Assembly: GCA_963713825.1 (NCBI GenBank) | Contig: CAVQNG010000003.1 | Coordinates: forward strand, 1,344,001 to 1,408,000 | Length of the DNA stretch: 64,000 nt | Direction of reading: 5' to 3' | Origin: an uncultured Acidobacteriota bacterium | Lineage (GTDB): Bacteria; Acidobacteriota; Thermoanaerobaculia; Multivoradales; JAHEKO01 | In this document: one piece after another, positions 8,860 to 17,773 of the stretch | Numbering within the stretch: the first letter of the stretch is position 1 | Layout of the letters: every line of letters begins with the position of its first letter | Translations under genes and position numbers: made by a program | Notes under the pieces: model-generated | The model's database searches: none | Told to the model about the DNA's origin: nothing | Seen by the model: only the letters and a program-made list of their open reading frames with translations

Positions 8860-10773
8860 GTGGACCATGTACTATTCAGGAATCCACTGCCCGAAAGGAG
8901 TTGTGTCGTGGGACAAGAAGAATCGAGGCTCTCCAGGATTCTGCATAGCCTGCAGGCTACCTGGCCGCAGTTGGCGATCACCGACATTCTCTACAAGATC
9001 CTCGCCTTCGTGATTCTTACGCCCTTGACGGCTGTCTTGGTACGAATGGTAGTTGCGATGTCCGGGCGGACGGTGCTGGCGGACGAGGACCTGCTGTTTT
9101 TCTTCCTGCGGCCGGTTGGCTGGTTGAGTCTCATTCTCCTGGGCGGAATCACTCTGGCCATCATCGCGCTCGAGCAGGCGGCCCTGATGAGCATTGTCTT
9201 CGGCGAGAGAAAGGGCATGCAGGTGGACTTCTGGCGCGCTCTGGTGTTCGTGGCTGGGAGAGCGTGGTCCGTGCTGCAGGTCACGGCCTCGATCGTGGCA
9301 CGTGTGCTCTTGATTGCGGCGCCATTCCTGCTGGGAGCGGGCTTGACCTATAGGTTGCTACTCACCCGGCACGACATCAACTTCTATCTGGCAGAGAAAC
9401 CCCCTGAGTTCCTGTGGGCCATGGGCATCGCGGCCGTGCTGGTGGTGGTACTCGTCTTCCTTCTGGCCCGACGCTTGATCGGTTGGGCTTTCTCGCTTCC
9501 CCTGGTGATCTTCGGCGGAGTGCGACCGCAAGCGGCTCTCGAGGAGAGCCGCACCATGGTCAGTGGCAACCAAACGATGATCGCCAAGTGGTTGATTGGA
9601 TGGGCGGTCGCGGGCTTCGTCCTGTCAACCGTCCTGACCTGGATCGTCCTGGCGGTTGGCCGCGAGGTGATCCCGCGACTAACAGGAGCCCTGCCGCTCT
9701 TCGTCATCGCCCTGGGACTCATGCTCCTCGCATGGGGCCTGGTCAATCTCGTTGCGACCCTCGTTTCGGCTGCGGCGTTCGCGGTGCTGATCGTCGATCT
9801 CTACGAGACGATGGGAGGGGGCTCGACGGCTCTCGGCAAGGCTCAACAGGCTTCGAGCACAGAAGCTCGGATGAGGGCCCTGAGTCTCTCCCGCGGATTC
9901 GTCATTTCTCTGGCGGTGATGGCACTGATCGCTTCGGTCGGGTTTTCTTTCCTCCTCCTGAAGCAGGCGAGCATCGAGGATCAGGTCGAGGTTACGGCGC
10001 ACCGAGGTGCCGCGATGCACGCGCCCGAGAACACGATCGCCGCCGTTGAGGCGGCGCTCGCGGCGGGAACCGACTGGGTGGAGATCGATGTTCAGGAGAC
10101 TGCCGACGGCGAAGTCGTGGTCCTGCATGACAGCGATCTGAAGAAAGTCGGCGGCGTCGATCTCAAGATCTGGGACGCGACCTGGGAAGACCTCCAGGAG
10201 ATCGACGTCGGGAGCTTTTTCTCACCAGAGTTCAGCGACCAGAGAGTGCCGAAGCTGGCGCAGGTGCTGGAGCTCTGCCGGGGGAGAGCCGGAGTTGTCA
10301 TCGAGCTCAAGTACTACGGTCACCAGGACCGCCTCGAGGAGAGGGTCGCCGAGATCGTCGATGGATTGGGCATGGCGTCGACTATCAAAGTGATGTCCCT
10401 GAACTCCGATGGCCTAGACAGGATGAAAGCCGTGCGACCCGATTGGACGACCGGAATCCTGACGTCCGTGGTCGTTGGCGACCTGACCCGGATGGATGTG
10501 GATTTCCTGGCCGTCAACTCGGGAATGGCGACGCGTCGATTTGTGAAGGCTACCCACAACTCCGGCAAGAAGATCTTCGCCTGGACAGTGAATGACGTGC
10601 TGGGTATGTCGGCGATGATGGACCTCGGCGTCGACAGCATCATCACCGACGATCCGCAGCTGGCGCGGGACGTGCTGCAATACCGTGCCGACCTCAACCC
10701 GGTCGAGCGGTTGATGATCGGACTGGCGGTCTACTTCGGCGGGGTGAAGGAGACGTCCGAGGACAACGCCTGA
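8860..10773 (+). CDS. Glycerophosphodiester phosphodiesterase with N-terminal multi-TM domain
   Basis: About 7 TM segments followed by AHRGA, PENT, EIDVQETADG..HD, IELK, WTVND, IITDDP. Confidence 0.92.
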   Translation: MDHVLFRNPLPERSCVVGQEESRLSRILHSLQATWPQLAITDILYKILAFVILTPLTAVLVRMVVAMSGRTVLADEDLLFFFLRPVGWLSLILLGGITLAIIALEQAALMSIVFGERKGMQVDFWRALVFVAGRAWSVLQVTASIVARVLLIAAPFLLGAGLTYRLLLTRHDINFYLAEKPPEFLWAMGIAAVLVVVLVFLLARRLIGWAFSLPLVIFGGVRPQAALEESRTMVSGNQTMIAKWLIGWAVAGFVLSTVLTWIVLAVGREVIPRLTGALPLFVIALGLMLLAWGLVNLVATLVSAAAFAVLIVDLYETMGGGSTALGKAQQASSTEARMRALSLSRGFVISLAVMALIASVGFSFLLLKQASIEDQVEVTAHRGAAMHAPENTIAAVEAALAAGTDWVEIDVQETADGEVVVLHDSDLKKVGGVDLKIWDATWEDLQEIDVGSFFSPEFSDQRVPKLAQVLELCRGRAGVVIELKYYGHQDRLEERVAEIVDGLGMASTIKVMSLNSDGLDRMKAVRPDWTTGILTSVVVGDLTRMDVDFLAVNSGMATRRFVKATHNSGKKIFAWTVNDVLGMSAMMDLGVDSIITDDPQLARDVLQYRADLNPVERLMIGLAVYFGGVKETSEDNA

Positions 10774-10860
10774 TCCGGCCCCGGGTAGCTCGCGGGCTGA
10801 GAAGGGTCTGGGCAGCGTCGCAGAAAGAACAGGAGTGAGGACGATGCGAGGTGAAGGACG

Positions 10861-11268
10861 ATGAACCAAAATCGAGAGGCGAAGTGTGCGATAGCCCTTG
10901 TTTGGGCAATCGGCGGTTTGGTGGCCGGGACAGCTCTTGCTGAGCTCGACCACAGCGGCTCGGAGATGCCTGCCGACTGCTGCTTCGAGAACACGGGGTA
11001 CACCGGTGTGTGTGTCGTGCAGCCGGCAGAGGGAGAGACTTGCGCCAGTATCCTGGACTATCTCAACAATCCGTCCAGTAGCGGCAAGAGCTACTGTGGA
11101 TTTACGGAGATTCGAGGTGGCTGGAAAGAAATCTCCTGTCAGGAGGAGACAACGAGCCCGCGATCTTCGGTTCCGACACGGATCCCGGATAGAGTAGGAC
11201 CTGGTCCATACTGGGACTCCCCGTCGGACCCGACTCACGAGGAGGCTGATCCAAAATGCTGGAATTGA
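10861..11268 (+). CDS. Small secreted Cys-rich hypothetical protein
   Basis: Signal peptide ending ALA; core CC-x10-C-x9-C-x17-C-x13-C; upstream GAAGGA RBS. Confidence 0.7.
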   Translation: MNQNREAKCAIALVWAIGGLVAGTALAELDHSGSEMPADCCFENTGYTGVCVVQPAEGETCASILDYLNNPSSSGKSYCGFTEIRGGWKEISCQEETTSPRSSVPTRIPDRVGPGPYWDSPSDPTHEEADPKCWN

Positions 11269-12002
11269 ACAGAAGCGCTCGAATCCCGTCTTCGACCTGT
11301 CGGTCATCGTGGCTTCTCACCACGGTAATGCTGGTCGTCATTGCACTTTCATTGGGCCTGGTGGGGACGGCAGACGCTCAGAGCAAGGAGCAGAAGGCCC
11401 GTCAGACGGTGGAGAAGTCGAGGCTCACGGTAGAGACCTTTCAGTCGGATGAGGTCTTCACGCGAAACTACGATGGATATCTCAAGACTGCGAAGGGTTT
11501 CCTGATCGTTCCTCAAATGGTGAAAGGCGCTTTCATCTTCGGTGGCTCTGGAGGGACAGGACTGCTGGTGGCGCGCAACGAGGAGGGAGGGTGGAGCCAA
11601 CCAGCTTTCTACACGATTGGAGGGGTGAGCTTTGGACTCCAGGCTGGGGGTCAGGCGTCGGAGACCCTGATCATCGTCACCAATGAGCGCGGTCTGAACC
11701 GGCTTCTGAACTCAGGAGCCAAGCTCGGTGCCGACATCAGCATGGCGGTGGGGCCGATCGGCGAGGGTGTTGGGACCGCCAACATCACAGCTGACCTGAT
11801 CGTCTTCACCCGGAACAAAGGACTGTATGGTGGCGCCTCTGTGGAGGGCTCTGTGGTGGATGTCCGACAGTCCTGGAATCGGGCCTACTTCGGCGAGGAC
11901 CTCCGGCCGTCAGACATTCTGGTCCAAGGCAAGGGCGAAAACCTTCACTCCATTCCTCTTCTGGAGGCGGTTGCCAAGCTGTCGGGTACCGCACCCGAAT
12001 AG
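11256..12002 (+). CDS. Ysc84/SYLF lipid-binding domain protein
   Basis: GAFIFGGSGGTG, WSQPAF, SFGLQAG, KGLYGGASVEG, N-x-x-YFG. True start may be downstream. Confidence 0.88.
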   Translation: MLELNRSARIPSSTCRSSWLLTTVMLVVIALSLGLVGTADAQSKEQKARQTVEKSRLTVETFQSDEVFTRNYDGYLKTAKGFLIVPQMVKGAFIFGGSGGTGLLVARNEEGGWSQPAFYTIGGVSFGLQAGGQASETLIIVTNERGLNRLLNSGAKLGADISMAVGPIGEGVGTANITADLIVFTRNKGLYGGASVEGSVVDVRQSWNRAYFGEDLRPSDILVQGKGENLHSIPLLEAVAKLSGTAPE

Positions 12003-12029
12003 AGCTCCTGCTCTGCCTCGATTCAGGAG

Positions 12030-13892
12030 TCAGTACTCCTGACTGAAGTCCAATAGGCCGAATTTGGTTGGCGTCATTGGGATCTCTGCTTTGACGAGTT
12101 GCCGCTGCGCGAGGAGGTAGCTCGCAATGACCAGCGAGGTGCATACGATGGCGAGAGTCAGGGCCGCTGGCGCCGAGTTGGTTGCCTGTCGTAGCAAGAC
12201 CTCCAGAGTTCCTCTCAAGACATCGGGTCTGGCGATACCGGTCGCGGCCATGCCGATCTGGCCGAGCATGAGAAGCATGGGCAGGCCGAGAAGGCAACCG
12301 AAGGTCACCTGACGGGTTCTGTCGCCCAAATTGGCCCGGAATGTCCTGAGAAAGACTCCCAGAAGTAGGAACCATGGAACGAGAACAAGGGTCATCAAGG
12401 CGAGGAACTGGTGCTGACCAGCTGCCGTGCCGAGGTTCGGGTAATCCTCTGTCAGCGTCAGACCTCCTCTTTTGAGCCCCACAAGACGGTTACCATCCAC
12501 TTCGAAGTAGCGCTCCTGAACCTCCTCCGGAGGAATCGATATCCCGTGAACGCTCTCGATTGCGCGACTGGTCAGGAGAGCTTCAAAGGCGGCTGAGCCT
12601 TCATCGGGAGTATTGAAGGGTGAGTAGAGAGCGGCCTTGCTGCCGCGGAACAAAGGAGAGCTCGAAGCAGGGTGATGCTCTCCCCATGGAGACGTCAGCT
12701 CGGGAACCTCTCCGTCCCAGGCGATCTCCAGGTTGGCATAGGGCACGCTGACCCAATAGTGCGGCATCTCGACACGGTATTGGACGGTCCTCGTGGGGTT
12801 TCCCAGGTGTCGCTGAACGAGCCATCCTCCCGCATACCCGAGAGTCAGACTGAAGATAGCCGGCAGGACTATCAAAGCGAAGAGGAGACGGCGTGAGACC
12901 GGCAGCGGGTCCAGCGCGGGCAGGCGAAAGGTGACTGGGGCGAAGAATGCGAGCAGCATGTAGACGGCCATGGCTGCGACCCAGAGTCGAACATTGGCTT
13001 CCGGGTACCAGGTCCGGAGCACCCCACTCATGAGAAATCCCAGGCCAGCGATGAATAGGATCGCGATCCATCCAGTCGCCGCCCCCCACGGGGGGGTGTG
13101 GAACAGGGTGCGGGCTATGAGCGATCGCGAAGTGAGGCGAGAGGGCACTCCGGTGGCAGGTTGTTGAGACTCCGAGCGTTGTGTCGGCACTTCTATGGTA
13201 CCCGTGGTGTTCTGGTCCGAGACCTCCAGCGGCCACAGACTGAACGTCTTCGGAAGGTCATGAAGGGTGCGGTAGCCAAGGATCATGCCTACTGCGGTCG
13301 CCACCGAGGCGATAGCCAAGGAGTGCTCTCCCAAGAACGCGGCGGAAGCCAGAATCCCGACAGCCGTAGTGAGGCTGATCAGGATCGCCCTTCGGCCGGT
13401 CGGTTTCTTCAGATCCGTGCGGTAGCTCTGCATCACCATGACCGCCAGGAACCAGATTGCCGCCAGCTGGGCGCAGAGGCCAACGAGTACATCCGTACCT
13501 GCCGAGAAGGCCGCGACGCTCGACAGGATCGTCAGGTGGACCGCCAGCACGCCAGCCGAGGCGACAATGATCAGGAATCCGGCCAGGAGTGTCGCAACGG
13601 AATGGACCGTCCACAGGTTCCTTGTCGACAAGGGTAGGGTCATGTCGATCTGGCGACAGCGGTCGCGAACCCCGGCCGCGAGCAGGTAGACGGCAAGGGC
13701 CAGACCCAGGACGAGAGTCAGCTCCCGGGTCGGAAAGACCGCGGATTCTTGACGTGCGTTCCGTAGGGCGATAACTCCCATCAAGACGTTGGTGTTCAGA
13801 GCCGTTACAACGATCCACAAAGGTGCCGAGCGCAGGGCCCTGTCGCGTCCGATCTGTGATAGCCAGAAGCCAACACCATGTGCAGTTCTCAT
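12030..13892 (-). CDS. Polytopic membrane protein, probable ABC permease partner
   Basis: About 12 hydrophobic segments, duplicated (T/P)LP(L/V)S-x-R motif, ATGA overlap with the upstream ATPase. Confidence 0.7.
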   Translation of the reverse strand: MRTAHGVGFWLSQIGRDRALRSAPLWIVVTALNTNVLMGVIALRNARQESAVFPTRELTLVLGLALAVYLLAAGVRDRCRQIDMTLPLSTRNLWTVHSVATLLAGFLIIVASAGVLAVHLTILSSVAAFSAGTDVLVGLCAQLAAIWFLAVMVMQSYRTDLKKPTGRRAILISLTTAVGILASAAFLGEHSLAIASVATAVGMILGYRTLHDLPKTFSLWPLEVSDQNTTGTIEVPTQRSESQQPATGVPSRLTSRSLIARTLFHTPPWGAATGWIAILFIAGLGFLMSGVLRTWYPEANVRLWVAAMAVYMLLAFFAPVTFRLPALDPLPVSRRLLFALIVLPAIFSLTLGYAGGWLVQRHLGNPTRTVQYRVEMPHYWVSVPYANLEIAWDGEVPELTSPWGEHHPASSSPLFRGSKAALYSPFNTPDEGSAAFEALLTSRAIESVHGISIPPEEVQERYFEVDGNRLVGLKRGGLTLTEDYPNLGTAAGQHQFLALMTLVLVPWFLLLGVFLRTFRANLGDRTRQVTFGCLLGLPMLLMLGQIGMAATGIARPDVLRGTLEVLLRQATNSAPAALTLAIVCTSLVIASYLLAQRQLVKAEIPMTPTKFGLLDFSQEY

Positions 13893-14782
13893 TGCTGTCC
13901 TCCTGCGAGCTCCACGAACATGTCTTCGAGGGCGATGCGATCGCAGAGACTGTCGGTGATCCCCAACTCAGCCTCCAAGAGTCGGACGGTCGACTCCGGC
14001 TCAAGGCTGAAGACGGCGTGCAGTGCATCACTGCGGTCCCGCACCCCCAGGCACCCCTCCAGGGAGACCAGCGTCGACCTGGAGGTACCACCGGTGTGTG
14101 GGACCAGGGCCAGCGAGTAATGCTCACGAAGCTCGTCCAGTTCGGAGTCAATGAGAACCCGGCCCTCATGGAGCATCACGATTCGGTCAGCCAGCCGTTC
14201 GACGTCGCTCATGTAGTGCGAAGAGAACAGGATCGTCGAGCCGGTCCGGTTGAGCAGCTGGATTGAAGTCTCGAGAAACTCGCGCCGTGAAGCCGGGTCG
14301 AGCCCGGCAGCTGGCTCGTCGAGCAGCAAGAGATCGGGCTTGTGGGACACCGCGCAGAGCAGCGCCACCTGGCGTGCCTGGCCCTTGCTGAGAGCCTTGA
14401 TCTTCTTCCGGGTGGGTATTCCGAAGCGGTCGATCAGATCTCGGGTGATGGCCTCGTCCCAGGTCGGAAACAGACCTCGATGCAGATCGAGCACCTCGTC
14501 GACCTTCAAGAACGGGGGCAGAATCTGGTCTTCAGAGACGAAGCCCACACGCCGCTTGACCTCCAGAGGCTCGCGGCGGGGATCCAGGCCGAAGAGACGC
14601 ACCGTCCCGTGCTGAGCTTCGAGCATCCCCATGGCGATGCGAAGTAGGGTGGTCTTGCCGGCGCCGTTCTTACCCACGAGGCCTACGACCCGGCCAGGCT
14701 CGATGTCGAACGTCACTCCGTTGAGGACGTCGGAACCCCGTTGGTAGGCGCGGTGGATGTTTTCGAAGTCGACGACGTTCAT
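13889..14782 (-). CDS. ABC transporter ATP-binding protein (YtrB-like)
   Basis: GKNGAGKTT, LSKGQ, LLLLDEP, SSH. Start MNVVDF at 14782 with a GGAGG RBS. Confidence 0.92.
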   Translation of the reverse strand: MNVVDFENIHRAYQRGSDVLNGVTFDIEPGRVVGLVGKNGAGKTTLLRIAMGMLEAQHGTVRLFGLDPRREPLEVKRRVGFVSEDQILPPFLKVDEVLDLHRGLFPTWDEAITRDLIDRFGIPTRKKIKALSKGQARQVALLCAVSHKPDLLLLDEPAAGLDPASRREFLETSIQLLNRTGSTILFSSHYMSDVERLADRIVMLHEGRVLIDSELDELREHYSLALVPHTGGTSRSTLVSLEGCLGVRDRSDALHAVFSLEPESTVRLLEAELGITDSLCDRIALEDMFVELAGGQQ

Positions 14783-14801
14783 GATGAATCCTCCACAGTC
14801 T

Positions 14802-15200
14802 CTATGACTGACGATCTCGTTCCGTGTTCCAGTGTTGGTTTTCTTCGTGGAGCAGCTTCGCCACAGCCTCGACCGTGACGCCCGACAGGCGCGCTCGGGA
14901 CAGCAGTTGGCGCACCATGGGGCGCAGCCGCTCTCTCTGTTCACGAGGATCGGTGGTGGCGGCCGCGGTGGTGACGAAGGTGCCCCGACCACGCTCGGTG
15001 GCGATGAGTCCTTCACGCTCGAGCTCGTCATAGGCCTTCTTGACGGTGAGCGGCGAGACAATGAGCTGCTCGGCCAGCTCCCGCTGCGACGTGAGCTTGT
15101 CGCCGGGTCGGAGACGTCCCCCAGTCAGGGCGTCGGTGACCTGTCGCATGATCTGACGGTAGATGGGAAGCTCGCTGCCTGGGACGATGACGAAGTGCAC
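14802..15200 (-). CDS. GntR-family (YtrA subfamily) transcriptional regulator
   Basis: PIYRQI, LRPGDKL.S.RELA, TVKKAYDELEREG, RGRGTFV; short C-terminal domain; heads an ABC operon. GTG start at 15200. Confidence 0.92.
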   Translation of the reverse strand: MHFVIVPGSELPIYRQIMRQVTDALTGGRLRPGDKLTSQRELAEQLIVSPLTVKKAYDELEREGLIATERGRGTFVTTAAATTDPREQRERLRPMVRQLLSRARLSGVTVEAVAKLLHEENQHWNTERDRQS

Positions 15201-15218
15201 GGTGGTGGGCTCCTCTCT

Positions 15219-15244
15219 TAGTGCTATGCAAGTATATAGCACTA
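15219..15244. promoter_or_regulatory. Probable YtrA-type operator palindrome
   Basis: Perfect AT-rich inverted repeat TAGTGCTAT-N8-ATAGCACTA, 18 bp upstream of the GntR start. Confidence 0.75.
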
Positions 15245-15275
15245 TAGGAGTAGAGCGCAAGCCGTCGTGGCTCGG

Positions 15276-15320
15276 GGGTTGAAGCGTCCGGCGTTCCTGC
15301 AGCCGATCTTTGGGGCTTGG
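15276..15320 (-). repeat. Mosaic repeat locus 2: single left hairpin unit with degenerate stem
   Basis: Minus strand reads CCAAGCCCCAAAGAT-cggctgc-AGGAACG-ccggacg-CTTCAACCC. Confidence 0.7.
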
Positions 15321-15350
15321 GTCCTGGGTCCTGAACAAACAATCATGTCC

Positions 15351-15530
15351 GTGTGGAGGCCCGTCCGGGTGGTCCGCAGGGGGACGGCGACGGCTACTCG
15401 GACTGCAACGGGGGGCCGCCGCCTCGTCTCGTCATCGCGCCTCATCTCCTGTGCCCTATCAAGGCTCTTGCGCCGCGCTCGACTCGGCGCCCCCTGTCGA
15501 ACCACCCGAACGACCCTTTGGCACCAACAG
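15351..15530 (-). repeat. ~180-nt structured repeat core, copy A (candidate ncRNA or non-autonomous element)
   Basis: Gap-free match to 37781-37960 (153/180 identical by hand count). Long terminal inverted repeat whose mismatches are mostly G-U pairs on the minus strand. Confidence 0.85.
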
Positions 15531-15586
15531 AGGGACATAAGGGCCTAGAGCAGTAGGGGAGTAAGGGGTGTCGATCGGCTGTTCCT

Positions 15587-15677
15587 CCAAGCCCCAAAGG
15601 CCGGCCGACACGGAGTGCGGCCGGTTCAACCCCCAGGTCCTCAAAATCGTCCGGAGGTACGACCGGACGCCTCAACC
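15587..15677 (+). repeat. Mosaic repeat locus 2: two right hairpin units
   Basis: CCAAGCCCCAAAG-gccggccg..cggccggt-TCAACCC, then cgtccgg-AGGTACGA-ccggacg-CCTCAACC. Confidence 0.8.
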
Positions 15678-15730
15678 TCCAAAGACCCAAGCCCCAGGAC
15701 AATAGGTCTGGGCCGTCGTATACTCCGCCG

Positions 15731-16273
15731 ATGCGCTTGAAGAACGCCACCGTCGTTTCTGGAAGCACCTGCGCCGTCATGGCGCTGATGCTCGTCGCCT
15801 GTCAGGCGGGAAGCCAGGAAGAGCGACTCACCGATGCCCAGAAGAAGGAGCGTCTCGAGGCCCTCTACCAGGGATATCAGAAGTCCTTCCCTTCCATCGA
15901 CAGCATTTCAGTCGAGGAGTTCTTGGAGCTTCAGCAGGGGACGAAACAAGTCGTGCTCGTTGATGTGCGCGAGCCCAAAGAGATGGAAGTCTCTATGATC
16001 CCGGGCGCCATCGACACTGCGACTTTTCAGCGGGAGGCACAGTCCTATCGTGAAGCCATCGTAGTGCCGTACTGCACCGCGGGCTACCGGTCGGGTCTCT
16101 TCACTCAGGAGCTGCAGAAAGCAGGTTGGGATGTACGCAATCTCGAGGGCAGTATCCTGGCCTGGACACTCGCGGGGTTACCGCTGGAGAACACCGAGGG
16201 GCCAACCAAGAGAATTCACGTCTACGGTCGTACCTGGGACCTGGCGGCCGAGGAGTTCTCGACAGTCTGGTAG
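15731..16273 (+). CDS. Rhodanese-like domain lipoprotein
   Basis: Lipobox LVAC; LVDVRE..E..VS.IPGA, active loop YCTAGYRS, NLEGSILAW. Confidence 0.88.
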   Translation: MRLKNATVVSGSTCAVMALMLVACQAGSQEERLTDAQKKERLEALYQGYQKSFPSIDSISVEEFLELQQGTKQVVLVDVREPKEMEVSMIPGAIDTATFQREAQSYREAIVVPYCTAGYRSGLFTQELQKAGWDVRNLEGSILAWTLAGLPLENTEGPTKRIHVYGRTWDLAAEEFSTVW

Positions 16274-16303
16274 CACCGGTCCCTCTCGAGACCCCCGCCG
16301 CAG

Positions 16304-17773
16304 TCAATTGAGATAGCCGAGGGCCCGCAGAGCATTGAGGGTCTCTTCGGAGTAGGCCTCCGATTCTGGATCGGCGACACCCGTTTCGGGCGTGCTCTCC
16401 ATCCACGTCGAAAGAGCCTGCCAGAGTCGATCGAACTCCTCTTCATGCTGGCCCGCGAGATTCTCGGCTTCCAGTGGGTCGGACTGTAGATCGTAGAGCT
16501 CGAAAGCTGGCGCCAACTGTCGGTCGTTTCTCTCGACAGCAGGATGGAAGACGAGCTTCCAACGGCCGTCTTGGACGGAGAAGTAGTGACGCCAGAGCAT
16601 CTGTCCACCGCCGGCCTCCGAGAAGGCGTACCGAAACGGCTCTAGTGCCGCTGTTTCGACGGCTCCCATCGGGCCGAGGAACGGTGTCAGGCTGGATCCC
16701 TCGAGCCCTTCTGGTCCTGCCGTGATCTGCAGGAGATCGCGAAGGGTCGGGTACAGATCCAGCAACTCGGCCGGGTGATCGACCCGCCGGCCTGCACGGG
16801 CCACCCCAGGGTAGGTGATGAAGAGCGGCACATGGGCCGTCGTGTTGTACGGCTCGCGCCCATGTTCGAACAGCTCGTCGTGCTCTCCCAGGCCCTCACC
16901 GTGATCGGAGGTGAAGATCACCAGGGCTCCTTCGAGCAGGCCGAGCCCTTCGAGATGGTCGAGGATGGCGCCGATGTGGGAGTCCGTTACCAGGATGTTG
17001 GCATCGTACTTGGCGATGTAGGAGCCGAGCCGGCGTTCGTCGCCCAGAGCTCTTGCCGGGGGCAGGTCGGCCCCGATCGACTGATCTTGGGTGTCGAAGG
17101 AGTCGCCGAGAAACGGGTCGGAGGCACCCTCCGGTAGCAGATAGGGAGCGTGGGGATCGGAGTAGTGAAGCCAGACGAACAACCGCTCCGAGTCGGCGTG
17201 GCGCTCGAGAGCGGGAATGGCCAGCTGATTGACCAGGGGGGCACCGACCCATTTGCGGTGCTCGACCGGATCGTCACTGACAGCACCTCCCAGCCTCCAG
17301 GTTTCCAGAAACTCGTCGAAGCCCCGATTCCAACCCAGCTCTGCCGAGAGGACGGCATTGGAGACCACGCCCAGGGTGCTGTAGCCAGCAGACTGGAAGA
17401 GCTCGGGCAGGGTCAGGTACTCGTCCGGAATCTGCTGGGCCGCCCTGTGGGTCAAACCCGTTGTCTTGGGATAGCGGCCCGTAAAGATGGAGGCCAAAGA
17501 AGGTCCGGTCTTCGGCCATTGTGCGACTGCGCGGGCAAACGTCACTCCCTGCTCTGCCAACTTGTCGAGGGCCGGAGAAGTCTGTCGGGGATAGCCGTAG
17601 ATTCCCATGTGGTCGGCACGCAGTGTGTCGACCGTGATCAGGAAGACTCTCTTTGGAGGTTCTGGCTCGGAGGGCTGCCGGTTGCAAGCCGCGAGGCCGA
17701 GGAGCAGGATCGCGGTGAGGCATCCGGCGACCCTCGAGTAGGCGCGCTTTGTTGGGGTTCTGGTGAGTCTCAT
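16304..17773 (-). CDS. Sulfatase-like alkaline phosphatase-superfamily lipoprotein (Thr at nucleophile site)
   Basis: Lipobox LAAC; ITVDTLRADH, KTGPSLASIFTG, HYSDPHAPY, TSDHGE, ELYDL..DP.E, C-terminal LRALGYLN. Confidence 0.9.
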   Translation of the reverse strand: MRLTRTPTKRAYSRVAGCLTAILLLGLAACNRQPSEPEPPKRVFLITVDTLRADHMGIYGYPRQTSPALDKLAEQGVTFARAVAQWPKTGPSLASIFTGRYPKTTGLTHRAAQQIPDEYLTLPELFQSAGYSTLGVVSNAVLSAELGWNRGFDEFLETWRLGGAVSDDPVEHRKWVGAPLVNQLAIPALERHADSERLFVWLHYSDPHAPYLLPEGASDPFLGDSFDTQDQSIGADLPPARALGDERRLGSYIAKYDANILVTDSHIGAILDHLEGLGLLEGALVIFTSDHGEGLGEHDELFEHGREPYNTTAHVPLFITYPGVARAGRRVDHPAELLDLYPTLRDLLQITAGPEGLEGSSLTPFLGPMGAVETAALEPFRYAFSEAGGGQMLWRHYFSVQDGRWKLVFHPAVERNDRQLAPAFELYDLQSDPLEAENLAGQHEEEFDRLWQALSTWMESTPETGVADPESEAYSEETLNALRALGYLN

